A stretch of 64,000 bases of DNA from Lingula anatina. Its lineage: Eukaryota > Animalia > Brachiopoda. Under the pieces are notes generated by a model, which saw only the letters and a list, made by a program, of their open reading frames with translations, searched no databases and was not told the DNA's origin. Position numbers and translations under genes: made by a program. Where the stretch lies: the NCBI GenBank assembly GCA_051362555.1, contig CM120645.1:24022934-24086933 (forward strand). Direction: 5' to 3'. Position 1 is the first letter of the stretch. Each line of letters opens with the position of its first letter. Below, piece after piece: positions 1-34,900 of the stretch.

Positions 1-654
1 AATAACTCATTTACTAATAGCAATCACAATGCAATATTTAAAAGAGGAAATCATATAACATTTTCATACATTTCACTCATGTGTTCTGAAAACAGGGGAA
101 AACAAAATCAAGCATCACAAATCAGTACCTTCAATACTGCTACAAACATGAATGCCATCGTCACAACAGAAGACGAACACATAGTTCACTGTCCAAAGGA
201 TCTTCACTATCAGTACAGACAGTTTTTTTTTGTCTGTTGTTTTCACAGAAATCAGTTCCAGGAGTTCATATAATATTTAACATACACTAATATGATGAGT
301 GTTTTCAGGCTCATACTGGCTGGTCTAAATGCTAGCCAAAAATGTAATTCATTTTAATTTTCAATTTTGCCAAAAATGTAATTCATTTTAATTTTCAATT
401 TTAATCCCATATTCTATCCAAATAAAAAACAAAGCAACAGTATGAAAACAAAATTGTTTCTTGAGATAAAAATATTTAGCTTAGTATTTCTATGTTCAAA
501 AGAATTTATGAATTTATTTGGCTAAGAAGAACCTGCTTCCCCCCCCCCCCCCCTCAAGGTTCTCAAACCTCAACCATCCACCTGGTCTCACAGACCCAGT
601 TCATACCAGTATGAGCCCAGAACACCTGTGACAAAGATAGCATAAACAACTCAC

Positions 655-20460
<19,806 letters not shown>

Positions 20461-20721
20461 CGATATAACGAGTAAATATCACATGCTGCACCAAGACTGA
20501 TCATAAACATTCCACATGGACGACGCTCGAGTTGTCGTGTTAAAATTCACCCTGTTGTAAAGAAAATGCTAAGAATACTGCACAAATCCATACTGGTCGG
20601 TTTATACAGACTCCATCGATGTCATGTTTGAGTCGATATTTCCTAGAAATTTGCAGGAATTCTTGATGGAATTCGCACTTTCCGCTAAAATTTAAATCGA
20701 TGGAGTGTTGATGCCTTTAAC

Positions 20722-20732
20722 TGCGCATGCGC
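20722..20732. promoter_or_regulatory. NRF1-like site in the putative MAGI promoter
   Basis: TGCGCATGCGC lies about 260 bp upstream of the MAGI ATG in a CpG-enriched stretch. Confidence 0.5.
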
Positions 20733-21329
20733 TACTGTCTTGATGCCGAAAAGTAGCACGCACCTGTATTGTCGTTATAGTCGTAAAATAAACAAATGGG
20801 CCACTCTATAAACAGCAGCGTGGCAGGCTTTCTAAACATGACGCTTCAGACCTATTTTCTCAAGTCTTTAACAAACTAAAAAGGCTTTGATGTAATATAA
20901 TTGTAAAGGGTCACCAGATAAAATAATAATAAACAGATGCACGCTTTTAAATGTCAATAGATATGCTGTTTAATTTGACCTTTTTAAGACTTGAAAACCT
21001 AATACATTTATCATTCAACAAAACCCCAACGAGATGGTTCTTGTATTATTTATGTTACTTGGGAGTATTAGTTTACAGATGTATAACTATTGTTTAAGAT
21101 ATTGTATTACATATGCTTTTTATATTGTCATGGATAAGATTAGATTTTTTTTGCCTTAAAACATACAGTACATCCCACTTTTCTTCTTGCATTTGACTTT
21201 TTACAGGTTTTAAAGCGTTTGTCACTTATTTGGTGTCGTGAAAGTAAAATGAATAGACAATGAATGCACATAACAGTTCAATCAGTTTCAGCCGAGAAAA
21301 TCGGTAAGTAAATGAAGAGTGCTGGAAAA

Positions 21330-21852
21330 CGGTCAGTTTTAGAATATGGTGCCCCTGTTTTTCGGGTTAACAAATGAATTGACTGCCCTAGTAGAAAACG
21401 TCTCAAGAAAGAGCTCTTAAGATAATTTATCCTGATTTTGACACTGCTTGTGAACATAGTAAACTTGAACTACTGAGTGAAAGAAGGCTCAATGCATGCA
21501 AAAAATTGTTTATTAGGATATCAAATGAAATGGATCATAGATTGCATTATCTTTTACAACCAACACAAAATGTCAAATATTCATTAAGGGAACAGGAGAC
21601 ATTCAAAAGACCTACAATTAAACCAAATGAACAATGCGTGACTTTTTAACAAGTGCGATACGCTAGTGTCAAAATTAACTGATAAGACTTTTATTTCTTT
21701 TTTTAACCTTGCATTTAAGTTATTTTGTTTTAAATTTGTTTACATGTCTTTTAACATTCCTTTATTCTTACTCACTATTGGTTTTATTCAACTATGATGC
21801 AATGATTGTAATTATCTAACCCTCGGGTTGCAAGTTTGATAATAATAATAAA
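21330..21852 (+). mobile_element. 5'-truncated degenerate LINE (L2/CR1/Crack-like) 3' end
   Basis: Frameshifted ORF2 C-terminal motifs RSVLEYGAPVF, QERALKIIYP and LSERR...DHRLHYLL...YSLR, ending in an (AAT)n/AATAAA tail. Confidence 0.7.
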
Positions 21853-22977
21853 ACAATTGCTGAGGGCTTCTGAATAATTAAAAAATTATCAGCAAGAGAG
21901 AAGCAGAGAATGAAAAACTGTTTATCAATCACAAGTTTATTTCAGACATTATTCAATTATGCAATTAAACACCTGTTCATTATTTTTCTTCCTTTTATTC
22001 AATTATTGCCATATTTTCTGATACATGTACATGTACATCAACAAGTTTTATTTCATATGTAGCTTCAGTAATACAGTGTAATATAATACAGATCCATTAC
22101 AATCATAGTAAAAATAGAATCCTTCTTTATGAGATAGTAGTAATTTTCATTGATAACCGTATGCATTTTTACTTGACCATATATTTTAAAATAATTACAT
22201 GACTGTCAATATAAATGATATTTTTGTCTCAAAATGATCAAAAAAGAAACATGGTTTATAAGACAACATTCCACACAATATATAAATATGTTAATCAAGA
22301 TGTGGGCAATTAAAGCACCACTTAAAATTCTTCAATATAGACAAGAATCAACATGAAATAACTGTTTATCTCGGCCATAAGAAACCAATTAATATAATCT
22401 ATGGTATTCATTTAGCTCTATAATATCTAAGAATAACTGCTACTCAAATACCGGTACCTCATTTCAGTACACAAGTCTCCAAGCTCTGATTCAGTGACTT
22501 CACAGCTGAGGACCTCAGTGTAAAGAGACAATATGAGGTATAACATCTGTGCTGTCCATAAATATCAAACTTCTGGTACATCAGTTTGTAATGACCCAAA
22601 AGATATGCCAATTATAAGCTGTTGGTGCAAAAGTTACACCAGAACATGTGACATTTTAAATAATTAATAATAAATGTTAATTATCAAAGTTCATTTACCT
22701 CTTGTAATTCTATGTCCATTAAATTAACTATCAACAATGTGATTCCTTGGATATAAATGTCTAGTTCTTAGAGCATAAGCACCTTTGTGACAGTAAACAC
22801 ATTAACTGTCAATAAATTCATCTTTCAAAATTTGATATTTTTCTAGCATATTTTTATATTTATATTATTTTTCATCAACACAAACCAGGATATATCAACT
22901 TATTGCAACAATGCACTTAGGGATATGAGCACTTTTTCCTGTAATAATACGGCCAGTCCTCATGGTCACCTGACAAT

Positions 22978-25900
22978 CTACATTGGTGGAGGTGGCGGCG
23001 GCGGAGGCGGCGGAGGAGGTGGGGGTGGTGGCGCACCCCCTGAAGACTCCACTGGTGGCGGTGGCGGTGCTGCTGCATCTAAAATTAAACAAAATGCAGT
23101 TTTTGTTAAGTTAGGCCTTCATCACGATGGGTGTCATGACAATTTCACAGACAAGTGGAACATTTGTGGTCTCTTATCTTCCCCATTAGCACAAAAGCAG
23201 ACATAATTTGATGATGAGTACACCACCACCACTTTCAGGTAGGTATCTGCCCATTTGGGTTTGCATTTCTAGTAATGGACATTTGAGTCAGACATTATTA
23301 CAATCATGTGGTCTATACCCTGTACTCTTACAATGGCAAAGATCAAACTAAATTCCAAAGTGACCTGACAATTAATATAATTTCAAGTGATAAAAATGAT
23401 TATAAAATATAAACATTTAAATCAAGAACAGCTGGTGTCCAGTCGTACTTGGTGAACTCCAGTGTCCTCAGATCACAGACTATGACCCCATTCCCAGAGA
23501 TTAGATCGATCCAACTAGATCGACCTAACTCCCTGGGGGTTCACGCTAAATAGCTGTCAGCCGAGCGGGCACAAAAGTTAATTATCCCCTTACAGCTTGT
23601 TACTGTGGTAGGCGGAATGGACATTTAAGCCAGATTATCTGACAGTAATCTAGTGAGACTCCCCACAGGGATAGTTCGATCTAAAATCTATGCGAATGCG
23701 CCCTAAGTCACCCTTCAATGCTGCTGTCTATATCAATGTACATGATGGCTATATAAGTCTATGGAGCAACTCTATGTTGTGTAAGGAAAGGAGGACATTA
23801 ACATTTAAATTTCACATCTGCACCGAACCGTGCTATTTTTTAAAGTAGTGTTTGACATTTTTAGCATTTTTCCCATCAAAGTGCACAAAGAATGAAGGTT
23901 TATAAACAAGTTAATCACTTTATGGAAAAATATTCTGACTTTTATCACCATTCCCTGGACTGCTTTTTTTTTTCACAAGTACATTCAAAAGTAAATTTCC
24001 TTACTAAAATTTTAATTTATATGGGATTCATAGGAAGCATTAAATAAAAAGTGCACATCCATAGTCTGTCCCCTGCCCTAAACATGCAAGCTTGTCTTGA
24101 GAAGACCCTGCAGTGACCTATGCTGACCTGTTGCATGTCGCCTCCATATCAAAATGTAAATGTATTTTTATATCCTCGGAGGAACGCAATAGATGATGTC
24201 TTGGAGATAAGCCGACGGCCATAACTTATCAGCTAAAGCAAAGACATGAAAGACAACTTCTCTTTCAAATTTTTTTGCCCACAGCAGTGTGCTTTTTAAC
24301 CACATCAAACAAAGTGTTAAAACATTTCAAACAATTTCATTTGACACAACATCTAGGTACATTAGGTTCAGGAACAAGTGCAAGAGGTCAAATTAACATG
24401 AAAACTGGTGTTAACATTGCTTTAAAGAATGGCCCTTACAGGAAATAACATAAAACTCATAAAATGAGCACTGGTGAGAAATTAAACCATTTTTTCTTTC
24501 AAAATTTTTGTTAAAATGAAGATGCCTGAAAAATTTCGTCATATTTTAATATTTTAACTTAAAAGTAAAAATATATATCTGATTAAAACATTGTGATAAT
24601 ATCTTCAACCCAATGATATTAACATAGAAATTACCATGGTGAGTAATGAAAAAATGCAAAATATGCAATTCGACAAACTAAAAACAGACAAAGATTATGA
24701 AGCACTTTTACCCAAGCAGGGGAATATTTATAAACTAGTACATTTATAGTTTTCAGTCAGGGGAGTTAGAATGCAAATACATATACATTGTGTTGAGTTT
24801 AAGCATCACATCCATTGCAGTGACAGTACATCTACATGTAAAACACAACACATTAGTCATGCTGTTAGGGGGCTGTCATAGCGTATCAGGAAGAATGTGC
24901 CTGGCTGAGATGCCTGCACGCAGCTGACTTGCAGATTTAGACAATATATGCTGAGGTGTAGTTATTTAATGTCACAGTGGAAAAATGAATATTTAAAGAC
25001 TGAATACTGACATTGCACAACTTTACATGAGATTTAACATTTTTTGTTTCATCTTTGGTTTGTGATGTGTTTTTTACAAAATCAGGATTTGTTTATAAAT
25101 AGTATACATAGCAGTATACAGAGCACATGTGAAAGTTACAAAACAGCAAATAAAACCAGGAAAAATGGTCAAAAACATATTTTAGAAAAAGCCACTACAT
25201 AAAAAAGCATTAAGTATGCATAGCACATGTGATGGTATACAGAGAAAAGTGAAAGTTACAAAACAGCAAATAAAACCAGGAAAAATGCTCAAAAACATAC
25301 TTTAGAAAAAAAGCTACTACATAAAGAAAGCATCAATTAATACACCACAAATAAGCTAGCCATTACCACATTTATGGTAAGAGATGCCATGGTTACATAA
25401 ACTACCATCTTCCATATATGGTAGATATCACCATATATGGTATCTATTACCTATAGCAGCACACTCAGATATAAACACAAGGTTTACCTCATTTCTGTCA
25501 TGAGCTGGTTCCTTTAATCAGTGAAAACATGACATTTTATCAAGACATGGTCAGTAATTAATTATAACACAGAAATGACATCACTACAGTCCTAAATTTT
25601 GTCACAGTGGAATTAGCTACCAGTCTAAAGGTATTTCTTTAATAGCAACCCCTTCCTAAGAATAAACAGTTCAATTATCAAATAAAAAAATCACCTTTAG
25701 AATAAACTGAGATTCACCTCTCTTTTATCAATTCTCGGAACTGAAAATGTACACAAACAAAATTAAAATATACTGTTGGCTTTCATTCATTTGACTGACA
25801 GTGTGTATTGCACTGTAAACTATAAATCAATAAAACCCACCTGAGGGCTGTTGTTGTTGTTGTTGTTGTTCCTGACCACTTCCCTCTCCTGAGGCTTGAT

Positions 25901-28900
25901 CACCTGGTGAAAAATATCAAATAATAATAATAAGAAGAAGAAGAAGTAACTAATATTGTTCCTTGATAAAAATTATAATAAATAGCATGTGATGTTGGAA
26001 AGTGAACAATACCAGTGTAAAGACCCCGCCAAAGGCAGTAAGATAAAGAACATCTTGATTATATAATATTTATTATGTAGTGTATGGTCTCATATATTTG
26101 CACTACTGACCTTGTTTTTCCTTATCTTTGCTCTCCTCTTTCTCCTCAGCAGCTGTCTTGTCAGCCCTGAAGAAAATCCTGGCACTGCTGAGGGAGTAAT
26201 AGAGCAGGTCAAACTCCTGAAATGGCCAAACATATTTATTATATATTTATTTATTAAATAAAGAAGATTCTGGTACTTTTAATTAATTTATTTATCTATT
26301 TACTTATTTTCCCATTAGTGTGAAAATTAAAATACAAGAAACTATTATGTTATGCTCTAGAGGACTGAAAAAATAAAATGATAATGAAAAATAAGAAAGT
26401 TCACTTCAATTTCTTATAAGATCATTAATTTGTCATGTTTTATATGCAGAACAATAAAAGTAATGAGTGAACACTAACAGTTGCCCTCAGCAGTCAACCA
26501 AAAGAAGTGTATGACAGAGAGCATTAACTAATCAATTAGAAGATTTTATTGAGATATTTCATGTTCCACTGAACCTTTAAGAATTCCACATTAACTCCTA
26601 ATTACAAAATCATCAGATGTCACATGTATAAATTACAATAATTGGCCACTTAAAAGCTAGTACCATGAATACTACATCTGACCCCTGTCCAATGGAAGTA
26701 CTAAACTTGTGACTAAGACCTCGTCACATGTCATCCAACATGTGTAGAATAGGTTGCACTGCCAAATTAGATTCAAATCAATTACAATATTTCATGTTTA
26801 TTGTGTCCTAGGTCATCAACGGCAGTGGGATATGGCTGATATCACTGATCAGAACTAAGGGCCACAGCTGACATCTGGTTCCATATGGAATTGTGGGAGA
26901 GTGCATACTGGGAATATATCTGGTCTATATTTTCAATTTTTCATTTCTATTGCTGTATATGAATATGCCTCCTTGCAGTCTTTGGCTATCTGGCCCAGAG
27001 CTAATGAATATAAATGTCACGTCAGCAAACATGTACTGAGAAATCTATTTCCACAACAGAATCTTCCTTTTTCTGTACCTAGATAGATCCTTTATTTATC
27101 TTTTCACTTTCAGTCCTTTTTCCTCGGACAGGTGTCCTCATTCCTGCCATAAAAGAGTGCAGCAGTTAAGGACACACCTTTGACTTAGGCTCTACTATGG
27201 ACAACATATGGCACGTCTTGACCTTCAACACATATGGACATTTAAATACTAAGTCTATTCTGACATTACACAGTTAAAACTGTACTACAAAGCAGAGGTC
27301 ATTGGCCAGTATTTACTGAGATAGGAGAAAAAATACTTCATTCCTTCTTGCAAGTTTTTTCTTCTCATTGCTCAGTCCAAAGTATGTAACATTAAGGCAA
27401 ACTATAAGATTTAGCCTGTCCTGCCTATGAATTAACTAACTGGCAACTCATGTTTTGTTGTTGTTTTTTTTTTAATTTTTAATACTATTTTAAATATCAA
27501 AAGAAGTGGAAATGGTAAAAAGTCACAAAAATCATGCAAATTGGTCATTACAAATTACCTTACTTTAAATAATGAACATTAATTCCCCATGTCAAAGCAA
27601 TTTTCTTCATTTTAATGTCAATTATGACAGCATATTACCACCTAGACAGCATATTGTGTAACAGACATATGGACACCCAACCTGAGAGCAGGAAGTCAAT
27701 AATTATTTGTACTTTTATCAAACAGAACCACTTCTTATCTTGTGTGGTATATAGACTGATAATTTCCTTTTTTTTATAAGTAATCAATAAGAATCATTAA
27801 ACAATAAAAAAAATATACACTGAATAAAATAAGTTTAAATACATCTTTCTAGTAGGCTGACCAAAGTCCAACCCCATTCCATACCTTCAAATACGTATCC
27901 AGCCTCTTCACTGTGAGAGTCATCGTCTGCTGAAGTTTGTCGTCAGAACGGCTAACATTGGACTGCTGCTGTTGTAAAACTTGTTGCTGAAAGAAAACAT
28001 CCCAAAATGAGTACAAACTTTGGTCTAAGGCTTTAAACATATTTTTACACAAAGCTCTCAATGTTAATGAATTAACTTAATAAGTAATTGTCAGAGAGGC
28101 AGAGGTCAATAGTTGAATTTTTTCTTTTGAAATTGTGTAACACCATTCACTTATAAGCATCAGTTGAATGGTGAACACCAGTATGAATTTTCTTCTCACA
28201 CTACACATATTTTTCCAAGAATATCAGACAGAGAGAAAAATATAAAGAATATCTTTTTTACCAGGGCTGCTGTTATATGTCAGTACCTACCCTTTCCTTG
28301 GAATACTTCTCTCTGACTGACTGGAACCAGTGAAGAGAGTCAAACTCATGGTACTGGTCTAACAACTTCAGAATATAGGCAACACCTACAACATAACAGA
28401 ATACATATAGCAAATAAGTGCATGATTGCGTATGGGTGACAAAATCTCTGACACAGAGAACTTTTGGCAAATTTCATTTATGCATGTGATGCAGCTGCCT
28501 GTTCAGACCTTGTACTTGAAGATAGCATAATATGTGTGATAGGCTCTAAATCAGGCTGTAGTTGTTATTTATTTCTAGTTATTTCAAACAATTAAGAATT
28601 GGATCTGAGCAGAAAATCTGTCTCACCCATGGCAAAACCATCATCAGTGAAAGCGGCACCAACTTTGTTCTTCTTGGTCATTTTCTCTTTGCTGCTGATG
28701 CTGTGTTCTACAAAATTCAGGGTCTGGAAGAAACAGTTATAAAATTAGTAAAACTAAAAAAGATTTGTACATGTCATAAAACTAACTTTGGTAGTTTTTG
28801 GACCCTGTACAAGACTGTCTTTTATTTTAGCATTCTGTACATAACTTGATAGAATTGCCTTCAATTACTCCTTACTCAACCTTTTACCTGCATGCATGAA

Positions 28901-31900
28901 TTTAAATATAAGAAGTAAATAAATAAAAAATCTTTATTTTTTCATTTACTCCTTCTGAAATAAAAAAATACAATAATAAGCTCCACCACTTTGGTATGAT
29001 CAATGTGTAAAGATAAATTTTCACTCACCAAGGGTGGAAGAATAACAAACAAGTTCTTAAGATGCATGTTCTTGGGATCTCGTAATTCTGGGGCAAACAC
29101 ATCCACCAGAAGCTGAAAATTGAGAATAAAAAAAATTGATTCATTTTACTGCAATAACATAACAAGTTTCAATACAAAAAGATAACAAAATTTTACTATA
29201 TAGGATAGCACTAATACACAGATCATATTTGCAAAAGAGGTGTTTGATAAATATGACTTAGTCAGACTTTCATTGATTTGATTTATTTTATAAACTACAG
29301 ATCACTCCCAGAATCTTAGCTGTCAGTACTAACCTTGAAGTATTCTGTTCCTTCTGCAAAATTCTTGGCCATATTTCCAATGACATTGTCCAAATTCCTG
29401 AAATCAAACAGTATTATAAATAGTTACTAAAACAACATAAATCATTTTCTGACACTCACAAATAGAAAGTTTTTTCCAACTGACTTTAACAAAAATTACA
29501 AATGTGTATAAATTAGTGAAACTGTCAGACATGCCATGTGCTGCCCCCTACAGTCCAGTTTAACCTACCCTGCTGCCCTCTGGCATTCTGCAGACAGACC
29601 CTCCTCTTTGCAAAGCTCCTCAAAATTCACAATGTCCTCTAAATCTGGCACAAAGCGGATTGCGTTGCTGCAGCAATGGAGTCCACCAGAACGGATCATA
29701 CGGATGTAACCCATAGCATTACCTGTTGGTCGGAACAGAAATTACAGTAATACCATATAGGAAAAGATAATTGCATGTATCAATATGTACTTGTACAAGA
29801 TGTTAAGAATTAATATCCTCACTTTTTTCTCTCTGGCATCAACCTACCTACTGGTATCTGTTCTACAAGTAGCTTAAACTAATCTAGGTAAGTGCTGACC
29901 TCTGGTGAGTAAAAACCTACCTATCTGTCCCACAAGTAGCCTAAACTGGTCCAGGTAAGTGTTGCCCTCTGGTGTCAGACCAAGTTTGCGGATACCTTTG
30001 TTGAACTTCTCTGCTCTGTCAAATGGATACTAGAAAATAGGAAATAATTTGTCTTCAAATGCAGTGACTGTCATATGTCCTGCCAAGATGTGCCAAATTT
30101 ATTAAACTGAAGTATGTTAAATAAGTAAATGTACTGTAAATAAGTCTTAAAGAATGTTAACAAACTCATTTTTTATTAAATGTTACAATCATTATATATA
30201 CTACATGTATAATCTTGTACAAGATAAACATATTGAACAGCTTATTTATTACGTTAATTTGAAATCCTTCATTGACGACAAATATTTGTATGATGTTGAA
30301 TTCAATATCTTGATGTACATGTACTATATCTTGTCAATGGAAGAGAAGTAAACAAACCTTTTGATCTGTTTGCAGATGATTTTCTCTGAAGAACTTCCAG
30401 TCTTTGATCAGCCTGGATTTGATGTGTTCATCATACATAAACTGGGAGAAGATGAAAAACTTCTTCCTGAGAAACTGATATGTAAAGTTCACCTGAAACA
30501 GAAAATGTTAACACAATGATTTCTTTGTAAAAGTGAAAGGAGAGAACATCCTGCTACCTTTTCAAAATACTTACTTTTAAAGATACATTACCAAAGAGGG
30601 AATTCAATATAAACAATAAAAAGTCCTGGGGAAAAATCAATATCATTAAACATATAACAAATAATCAACATTGTTTTTTGAGAAATAGAACTTATGATAT
30701 CCATTCCCATCTACTAGTACAGCATCTTTTCCCTCTATTTAGCTTGTTTGATTTAATTTTTCATTATTTATGCTTACAGTGGTGTTCATAATGCCTGTGC
30801 CGTGGATACAATATTTTATTATCTATGCTTACAGTGGTGTTCATAATGCCCGTGCCGTGGGTACAATATTTTATTATCTATGCTTACAGTGGTGTTCATA
30901 ATGCCCGTGCCGTGGGTACGAATGGAGTTGGCAATATGGCGGATATTGATAGTGTTCAGGTGCTTATTATTGCTGGACCTCTCTACGAAAATCTGAAGAA
31001 AAAATAGGATAAAATCATCAAATTCTTTTTCTCTTTGTTAGATCACCAAATTAAAACTCTCTATTAGAAAGGTACACATTTAATTTGATTCCTAGAATTG
31101 TGAAAGTTTTCAGAGTTACTCAGACTTGAGCCTAGGTTTGAAAAAATAAACTCTGAACATGGGACCCAACCCAGATTTTATTGCAGATCTTGACGAATCT
31201 CAGGAAACATCAAAATTGAATTTTAAAAAATGCTGCAATCTGAGTTTCCATGGAAAAAACTCGTGTCTGGGTACTCTCAGTGACTTTCACAGATCTGCCA
31301 AGTCAGGTCAATCACCTCACAGTTTCTGGAGAACATTTAACATTTAACAAACTGCAACAAAACCATGTCATCAGGCAAACTTGCCTGTCTGACCTTCACC
31401 ACTTCCATGATGACACTACCATAGCATGACAGGGCTTATACAACTTCTAAATAATGACATTAAAACTTGACTTTTAAGGTAATGACCTTAAAGCAAAGAC
31501 CTTTTAATTCATGATTTCATGAGCTGTGGTTTCACAAAACGCCAACAAAACTTGAATTCAATAAACATGACCTTTAAATGTAACCGACTTTATAGATAGT
31601 TCAAATTCTAACCAAACAAATTGTTCTTTTTTCTTAACACACGTCAAAAAATAAAAAATAAATAAATAGATAAATAAATAAATAAATAAAAATAAATAGA
31701 TAAATAAATATAAATAAAAATAACATAAAAGTAAATCAAATGTCACTCTGGCAACCCAATCCTGCCTTACCTGGTTGTTTAAGTTGTAGAGAAATTTGGA
31801 TACAAAAACATGGATGTTCCTCATAATTTCCAGGACATCCAAGCCCTGAAATTGGAAACACCATAAACAATAGACATGTGCCAGATTAAGTCTATTACAG

Positions 31901-34900
31901 AAGATTTACAATGTGTTCTTAGCATACACAAAGGTATAAGATCCTATTAGCTAGAATATGTGAAAGTAGCTGAAAACGTATCACATATCTCAAGTCTTAA
32001 CGTATTAAAAGACAGCCCAAAACAAGGGCCAAAAACAGCAAAACAGGACTGCCACTCAAGTTCAAATGAAAACAGAAAACTGGACACAGAAATTAACTCT
32101 ATCAGCTGTTCTTTGTCAGTCAGGTAACATTCCCCCTCCTACCTGTTCTAGAGTTTGACTTGGTAGGTGCGGCTCTACCATCCTCAACTTGTATTTCTGT
32201 GTGGCCAGGTTCTTCATCTCCCCGTATGTCTTCCAGTCGTGGAGGGCCACGGTGGTCAGGTTGTAGAAGGTGCGGTCAAGGTAGTGTTCAACATGGGCTG
32301 GGGGGGGGGGGGGGGGAGGGGGAAGAAATAAGAAAATATTATAGCAAAAATTCATATTATCAAGGCTAAAGATATGAAATATGTTATATAATAAGGGTAA
32401 GGTTAAGCACTAGATTTTTTTCAAAGGTGAAAATTGTAAATTCTAAATATACTGTACAGCATTTGCCAAAGTCATAGACTCTTTAAATTATTACATTCTA
32501 ATAAATATGTGGTGGTAACAACATTGAAAAGCAGGCTACCTTTAAGTTATATTCTACACAGTATAAGCATGATATATGCTGTATAGAAATATGATTCCAA
32601 AACTAAGAATTTGAAGTATTGATAATTTTTGCCAATTAAAAAGATTGCGAAGTTAGCATATATATGAAATGAATTTGAAAATCTGAAGCAAAGTATTCAT
32701 TTTTGAGCCATTTTGAAGACCAGAAACACAGGGAGCCTCATACTTTCTTCATTGCCTTCTCTCTCCTACCTTTCACATTTATCATCTTGTCAAACAATCT
32801 GATTGGTCGAAGTTGTAAAAATGGCGTCAGGTCTTTCATGCCGACCTTGAATGGATTGCGGTCGTCCAGCTGAAGATGGGAGTGGATGTGGAGGCGGAGG
32901 TCTGTCTCTATCTCAGTACACAGGGGACCCAGGAGGTGCTGCAATCATTGAGAGGAACCCATAAATGTTGGTACCATATTAACAATTTCATTCCTAACTT
33001 ATTCTCTAGGTCTTAATCTCAGTACAGAAAATCAGTTTTGTGCTCAAGGCAAAACTTTGTTTCATATTTCATATCTACAGCATCTAAATTCAGTGAGAAA
33101 TGCTTCACAAATCATTAACCATAACATGAAAACGATCATATATTTTTTAATACACAAAATTAAAGTGCATAGGTAAGTGCACTGGCCCAGTAGGACCAAA
33201 AAGATTATTAACAACATCATCTTTTTTATTCTACTCACATCTTTGAGCTCCCTGTGGACCTCTTTATCAAACTCATCCAGTAATACCTGGGCACTGGTCA
33301 GATGTCTGGCTTGCTTCATCAGCGGGACACTGTCACTTAACGCTCCCATCATATACTGAGATATGGAATCAAAATTAAAACAATGATAAAAGAGAAGATA
33401 TGACTTCAATTTTCTTTACGTTTTTTCCATACGTCTTCTTTCTTCACCTTTTGGATCAATATAAATATCTCTGGAAGGTTTTGAACTTGGGATAGGGGAT
33501 CTTTCACAGTGGCAGTATATTTCAAGAACACTTCAAAAATACTTGGATCCATTTTCACTAAGATATCTAACATTTTAAAGTAACCAACTGGTCCCAGATT
33601 CACTTTCAATACCTTCTTTCAATAACTTCAACTTGATGATGAGATAAAGGTGCTTTCATACAAAGTGACATGGTTTCCACAGGTTTTCAGTGACCTGTCC
33701 CACCACAGTATACTTACATGTAGTCTGTGGGCCTCAGTAGGATTCTCAAACAAGTCATCAAGATATATAGGGAAGACCACCCTGTGCCAGTAGAAAAAAC
33801 TGCAGTCACAGGCCTGGTGCACTCTGAAATACACAGAATTCTACATGTAGAATACAATCTTTGTCAACCTTTTATAATAAAAGTCTTGTACTTTGTCTCT
33901 CTAAATTGTCTCTGAAAAGATTGGTGTATTCAGTCATTAACACAATTTTACTGATTCAGAAATTATGAAAAATTCAGCCAATAACAATAATTAAATTTGT
34001 AATGTGTGCATGTATTCCATTCATAAAAAGATATAAATACATAGATTGTAGCAGACAAAACGTGGCACCCATGCACTTGGATTGCATTTATACTCTGCCT
34101 CGTGTCCTGTCTGAGGTAATACAATCAACTTTCCCATTTGACATACAACATATTAAAAGTAACATGGAACTGTCACTTCATAAAGTGATCTTTACAGAAA
34201 TGCTATTAACAGAGTGGACACTGCTGTGAGTACAAGTGTAGAATATCAGAGACAGAAGTCTTATGGACCCCCACTCACTTCTCTCTCAGGTCACATATAG
34301 CGTCCAGTTTCTTTAGCGTCGAATACAGACTGGCCAGCTCATCATCACGGAAACTTTTCTGAAAATAAGAAGTTCACATAATGCTATTCAAAGAGATAAA
34401 TGATCTTTAACAGATTATCTACTGTCATAAGTCAGCTTGCTATGTGTATGAGGTAAGGCATGAGTTAATTACAGAAATATTTTCCAAGACATACTTCACA
34501 TACACACTTAATTGTCTGAATTACCAATATTATAACATTTATCCATTATTTAGATATCACTATAAGTATTATAATAAATATTATCATATATAATATCATT
34601 ATAACTCCTGGTAACATACCATCCTTGCTCCCACAGCCAGAGCCAGGTAAGTGATCAGTCTTCTCTCCTTGGTTCCTGGTCCATTGAGAGCATTCTCCCC
34701 CAACACCAGAGCAGACAGAATGTCCAGCTTGGACTCACTATATTTACGGTCTGATATCATCTTTTTCTGAAAACACAGAGATATCAAACTGAATCAGGTA
34801 CTTCCTATTAGTTTAAACTTTAATATTTATCAAAACAAGTCCAGATAATTATCAAATAATTCAAACCATTCTACTACAAAACTGAAACAATTTCAAAAAT

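Noticed and set aside
22925-23206. Poly-glycine ORF on the + strand
   Set aside because: It is the antisense reading of the WASHC4 polyproline terminal exon.
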